Source of the DNA: Gammaproteobacteria bacterium
GTDB lineage: Bacteria > Pseudomonadota > Gammaproteobacteria > Natronospirales > REEB76
Length of the DNA: 46,325 bases
Direction of reading: 5' to 3'
NCBI GenBank assembly: GCA_035277745.1
Contig: DATEJV010000090.1
Coordinates: 1 to 46,325, forward strand
Under the pieces are notes generated by a model that saw only the letters and a program-made list of their open reading frames with translations, made no database searches and was not told the DNA's origin. Below are positions 42,854 to 46,325 of the stretch, piece after piece; the stretch's first letter is position 1, and every line of letters starts with the position of its first letter. The position numbers were made by a program, and so were the translations under genes.

Positions 42854-43585
42854 TTACGCGCCGGCGGTGCGCGCCAAACCCCACCCGGTGATCGCGTAGC
42901 GGCCCTGTGATGCAAACGGGCTCACATAGCTGACGTGATGCCACATCGGTACCTCGAACAGCGTCAGGGAATTGAACGTCGGCATGCACGTGGCGATCAC
43001 GTGCTCATGCCCGTCGGTGAACTGCAGCAATCCGCCCCAATCCGCACGCCAGCCTTTGGTGAGGTTCAATACGTAGGCCACGCGCCGGTTTTCCTTGTCG
43101 ATGATGTCATTGTGCGCGGTCAGAAAGTGGCCGGGCAGATAGCGCGTCGCCTGGGCTATGGCCATATGGATATCGGTAATACCCGTAACCCCGCGCATCA
43201 AGCCCAGAAATCCATCGGAATTGATGAACTCCAGCACATGATGCAGGATCAGTCCTGGATCGCGCTGCTGCTTGTAGGCCTCCACCATCTTGTAACTGTT
43301 GTAGATGAACCGGAACTGGCGTTCCCCGATGGCGCGTGCCTGCGCCTTGTTTGCCAGAGCCAGCCAGTCCTGCTGGCGGAATCCGGCAATCTCCTGCGCG
43401 CCGAGAAAATTGGCTTGTACGCCGTCGGTAAACGCGATGCCCCACGGCACTTCATGGGCAAGACATGCGTACAGGCGCTCCGCCGCTTCCGGGAGCAATA
43501 CGTCCAGAATCTGGACGCGGCGCGACACCGCAAAATTCTTCGCCCAATACCCCACGTCCAGCTTGGGATTCAGCATCGCCCGCAC
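42854..43585 (-). CDS. 2OG-Fe(II) oxygenase superfamily protein (prolyl-hydroxylase-like)
   Basis: The HxD...H facial triad context is LTAHNDIID ... WHHVSYV, with a basic residue in RYAITGW. The start is either GTG at 43585 or ATG at 43576. Confidence 0.8.
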   Translation of the reverse strand: MRAMLNPKLDVGYWAKNFAVSRRVQILDVLLPEAAERLYACLAHEVPWGIAFTDGVQANFLGAQEIAGFRQQDWLALANKAQARAIGERQFRFIYNSYKMVEAYKQQRDPGLILHHVLEFINSDGFLGLMRGVTGITDIHMAIAQATRYLPGHFLTAHNDIIDKENRRVAYVLNLTKGWRADWGGLLQFTDGHEHVIATCMPTFNSLTLFEVPMWHHVSYVSPFASQGRYAITGWGLARTAGA

Positions 43586-43698
43586 CCGAGTCTGTGCCGG
43601 TATCCAGATGATAACTGATGGGAACCGTCGCGCGACTGCGGTTCTGCCAATCGGTCATGGGCGAGGGATGCCAGCCGGTCGGCATTGAATTGCAACCT

Positions 43699-43719
43699 GG
43701 CGGGCAAACCTGGCCCGCC
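43699..43719 (-). terminator. Stem-loop just downstream of the MarR gene (weak terminator candidate)
   Basis: GGCGGGC, a 7-nt loop, GCCCGCC. It begins 13 nt after the stop at 43732 and lacks a clean U-run. Confidence 0.35.
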
Positions 43720-43731
43720 TCCGTTGGGGTT

Positions 43732-44157
43732 TTAGCGCGTCAACTCCGTCAACAGACGCGAAATTTCTCCGCCGATGCGCCGCAGTTCGATGCGATGACC
43801 TTGCGTCAACTTGTCGAGCATGGCCGAACCCCGCGGGGTCAGTACCACGTGCACTTGGCGGTGATCCACCAGCGAATTCCGGCGCTTCACCAAACGTTGG
43901 CGCGCGAGACGGTTCACCAGGCCCACCGCGCTGTTGTGGCGCACATGCAGGCGCGCCGCCAACTGGCTGATGGTGGGCGGCGTTCCGCCCGGGAACCCCC
44001 GGACTGCCAGCAGCACCTGATGCTGCTGCGGCGTCAGGCCCAGGCCGCGGGCGATTTCCTCGCTGGTGCGCAGGAATTTGCGCAACGCCGAGCGGAAATC
44101 CGCCAGCGTGGCGAAATCGGCATCGCTGACCCTGCGCGGGTCCGGGCTCTCGTGCAT
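43732..44157 (-). CDS. MarR-family transcriptional regulator
   Basis: 141 aa with the winged-helix pattern LTPQQHQVLLAV....PPTISQLAARLHV.HNSAVGLVNRL....LV.R.....D.R.V.V.LT..G. Confidence 0.9.
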   Translation of the reverse strand: MHESPDPRRVSDADFATLADFRSALRKFLRTSEEIARGLGLTPQQHQVLLAVRGFPGGTPPTISQLAARLHVRHNSAVGLVNRLARQRLVKRRNSLVDHRQVHVVLTPRGSAMLDKLTQGHRIELRRIGGEISRLLTELTR

Positions 44158-44191
44158 GCGGGTATCGGTGCGGCAATAACCGTCGTTGTTT

Positions 44192-44210
44192 TATATCGTA
44201 ATACGATATA
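44192..44210. promoter_or_regulatory. Perfect 19-bp palindrome, probable MarR operator in the divergent promoter region
   Basis: TATATCGTA-A-TACGATATA lies in an AT-rich spacer, 35 nt from the MarR ATG and 54 nt from the ClC ATG. It overlaps candidate -10 elements (TATCAT on plus, TATAAA on minus). Confidence 0.55.
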
Positions 44211-44263
44211 TCATACCGCGCCTTTTGGCACCCCCGCAATTCATTTTTCGATCCGGAGTCAGC

Positions 44264-46093
44264 ATGTCGCAGGGCACGTCTGTTGCCGTACGCGCACGGC
44301 AGTTTGTACCTCATTTCAACGGAATTCGATTGTTGCTCATGTCGGTGCTGGCGGCGCTCATTGGCCTGGCCGCCGGTGTTACCGCGTACATCCTGTTCGT
44401 GGTCATCGCGCTCATAACCAATATCACCTACTTCCACCGCTTCTCGACCGAGCTGCCGAACATCACCGTCAACACCCTCGGCCCTTGGGTGCTGGTGATT
44501 CCCGCCATCGCCGGATTGATCGTCGGCATCATGGCGAAGTACGGCAGCAGCAAGATCCGCGGCCACGGCATCCCGGAAGCCATGGAAGCGGTACTCACCA
44601 ATAAGAGCCGCATCGCGCCGCGCGTCGCCATCCTCAAGCCGCTGTCCGCCGCGCTGGTGATCGGCACGGGCGGACCCTTCGGCGCGGAAGGCCCGATCAT
44701 CCAGACCGGCGGCGCGCTCGGTTCGCTGGTCGGCCAGATGCTGCGCATGACCGCGGCGGAACGCAAAGTGCTGCTCGCCTGCGGCGCCGGCGCGGGCATG
44801 GCCGCCACCTTTTCGACGCCGATCGCGGGCGTGATTTTCGCTATCGAGCTGCTGCTGTTCGAATTCCGCGCGCGTTCGTTCATTCCGCTGGTGATCGCCA
44901 CCACGCTCGCCACCACCGTGCACATTGTGCTCATCGGCCCCGGCCCGATGTTCCGGGTGGGCCCGGCGCATTTCGACATGATCGCGGGTCTGCCTTTCTA
45001 TATCGTGCTCGCGGTACTGTGCGGCTACATGGCGGTGGCCATGTGCCGCGGCCTGTACTGGGTCGAGGATTTGTACGAAAAGCTGCCGATCGATGAGATG
45101 TGGTGGCCGGCCATCGGCGCGGTCGGCCTCGGCCTCATCGGCCTGTTTGTGCCGCGCGTGCTGGGCGTCGGCTACGGCACGATTACCGACATCCTCAACA
45201 ATCACCTCGCGCTGTCCATGCTGTTGCTGCTGCTGGTATTCAAGAGCCTGGCGCTGCTGGTATCGCTGGGCTCGGGCACCTCCGGCGGCTTGCTGGCGCC
45301 CATGTTCACCGGCGGCGCGGCGCTCGGCGGGGCCTTTGCCATCGTTGCCAACCACGTCATTCCGGGCGCGCATCTCGATCCGGCGGCCTACGCCATCGTC
45401 GCCATGGCCGCGGTATTCGCCGCGGCCTCCCGCGCCACCTTCGCGCTCATCATTTTTGCCTTCGAAATCACCCGCAACTACGAATCCGTGCTGCCGCTGA
45501 TGCTGGTATGCGTGGTGGCCAGCGGCATCGCGCAAATTCACCTCAAGGAATCCATCATGACCGAGCGCTTGTCGCGCCGCGGATTGAAAATCCACCTTGA
45601 GTACGAGGTGGATCCGCTGCGCGAAGTCGCGGTTGCAAGCGTCATGGATCGCCATCCGCCTTCGCTGAGCGCCGACATGCTGGTCGCCGAACTTGCGCGG
45701 CGCATCGGCACGCATGATCCGAGCGTGATCGGGCACAGCGGTTACCCGCTGCTCGATGCCCAGGGCCGGCTCGCAGGCATCATCACGCGCACCGACGTTT
45801 TCCGTGCCATCGAAAAACATGCCGACCAGAGCATGACACTGCTGCAGGCGGGTAGCGCGCATCCGGTCGTCGCGTATCCGGATGAGACGCTGCACACCGC
45901 GGTCAACAAGATGCTGCGCAGCGGCGTCGGGCGGCTGCTGGTCGTGGACCGCGACACCCCGGACAAGCTCGTGGGTTATGTGGGACGCACGCTGATCCTC
46001 AACGCCCGCGAACGCCGCCTGCAGGAGGAATCCGAGACCGAGAACGGCTGGCTAAGCCGCGGCGGCGCTTCCGGCAAAGCCGAATCCAGTTAA
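44264..46093 (+). CDS. ClC-family voltage-gated chloride channel/antiporter with two C-terminal CBS domains
   Basis: ATG at 44264 lies 7 nt after GGAG. ClC signatures are GHGIPE, GTGGPFGAEGP and GSGTSGGLLAPMF. Two CBS repeats form the tail (SVMDRHP...IITRTDV and AYPDETL...LLVVDRD). Confidence 0.9.
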   Translation: MSQGTSVAVRARQFVPHFNGIRLLLMSVLAALIGLAAGVTAYILFVVIALITNITYFHRFSTELPNITVNTLGPWVLVIPAIAGLIVGIMAKYGSSKIRGHGIPEAMEAVLTNKSRIAPRVAILKPLSAALVIGTGGPFGAEGPIIQTGGALGSLVGQMLRMTAAERKVLLACGAGAGMAATFSTPIAGVIFAIELLLFEFRARSFIPLVIATTLATTVHIVLIGPGPMFRVGPAHFDMIAGLPFYIVLAVLCGYMAVAMCRGLYWVEDLYEKLPIDEMWWPAIGAVGLGLIGLFVPRVLGVGYGTITDILNNHLALSMLLLLLVFKSLALLVSLGSGTSGGLLAPMFTGGAALGGAFAIVANHVIPGAHLDPAAYAIVAMAAVFAAASRATFALIIFAFEITRNYESVLPLMLVCVVASGIAQIHLKESIMTERLSRRGLKIHLEYEVDPLREVAVASVMDRHPPSLSADMLVAELARRIGTHDPSVIGHSGYPLLDAQGRLAGIITRTDVFRAIEKHADQSMTLLQAGSAHPVVAYPDETLHTAVNKMLRSGVGRLLVVDRDTPDKLVGYVGRTLILNARERRLQEESETENGWLSRGGASGKAESS

Positions 46094-46133
46094 CGGCCGG
46101 AGGTACGCCGCCGGTGGTTGGCGATCCACAAAC

Positions 46134-46325
46134 CTATTTCAACGGCGCGATGATCCGGTCGAGATAGTCCGTGGTTCCCGCCACGCGTTCCAGATGCGGA
46201 TAGCGCAGGCCGCCGTGGTAATCCACGGCATGGGTCTGGTAATACGTCAGGTCCTTGACCAGCAGATTGATGGGCTGCGCCGAATCCTTGGCCGCGCGGA
46301 TGGCTTCCCGGAATACATCCGGCGT
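46134..46325 (-). CDS. 3' end of a gene whose 5' part lies beyond the window; possibly an M61 (glycyl aminopeptidase)-family C-terminus
   Basis: The reverse frame is open over the whole 192 nt and ends in TAG at 46136-46134. It translates to TPDVFREAIRAAKDSAQPINLLVKDLTYYQTHAVDYHGGLRYPHLERVAGTTDYLDRIIAPLK. The family assignment comes from memory of the DYHGGLRYPHLER-type motif only. Confidence 0.4.
   Translation of the reverse strand, partial: TPDVFREAIRAAKDSAQPINLLVKDLTYYQTHAVDYHGGLRYPHLERVAGTTDYLDRIIAPLK

Noticed and set aside
42364-42899. ORFs covering the tRNA and its repeats (42364-42690, 42450-42899, 42417-42767) that show repeated peptide strings.
   Set aside because: The peptide repeats (VTPTNRxRFSLTESSL, ECRWHS) simply reflect DNA direct repeats and palindromes. 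One ORF starts inside the tRNA gene. There are no start signals and no protein-like composition.
43655-45895. A 746-aa minus-strand ORF spanning the MarR gene region and antisense to the ClC channel.
   Set aside because: It crosses an intergenic promoter region and a real gene in a different frame. Its composition is Arg/Gly/Ala/His-rich. The plus-strand ClC protein has unmistakable family motifs.

Overview
This is a GC-rich chromosome segment made almost entirely of core housekeeping genes. Its synteny is gammaproteobacterial, matching the classical E. coli 2-min region and the Pseudomonas/Xanthomonas layout.

Gene order:
- pilB'(3' end)-pilC-pilD-coaE-zapD-yacG on the plus strand.
- On the minus strand: a Nudix/ThiE-like fusion (mutT), secA and an M23 peptidase. 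A DUF721/DciA-like gene sits on the plus strand.
- lpxC, then a complete dcw cluster read right to left: mraZ-rsmH-ftsL-ftsI-murE-murF-mraY-murD-ftsW-murG-murC-ftsQ-ftsA-ftsZ.
- Upstream of mraZ: a recognisable Pmra promoter with phased MraZ boxes, a PEP-mutase/isocitrate-lyase family gene, RNase P RNA (rnpB, hidden under spurious ORFs) and rsmI.
- Then lpoA-yraN-diaA, a GlcD-like FAD oxidase, fabB-fabA, obg-rpmA-rplU divergent from ispB, and a large REC-PAS-GGDEF-EAL protein.
- Finally tRNA-Pro(CGG), a 2OG-Fe(II) oxygenase, a MarR regulator divergent from a ClC/CBS channel, and a truncated 3' gene end.

I see no transposase, integrase, CRISPR array, toxin-antitoxin pair or defence-like gene cluster. 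I cannot honestly point to a new multi-gene system here.

The most unusual signals are non-coding:
1. Three 66-bp direct repeats, each beginning with the last 16 nt of tRNA-Pro.
2. A two-hairpin REP-like element family with a constant ACC loop and compensatory stem changes. It occurs at the tRNA locus, in a 207-nt gap between ftsW and murG, and inside the ftsQ reading frame, where it is translated as a C-terminal tail.
3. A dcw cluster with no ddl between murC and ftsQ.

The long ORFs antisense to real genes are GC-driven shadow ORFs and were rejected.
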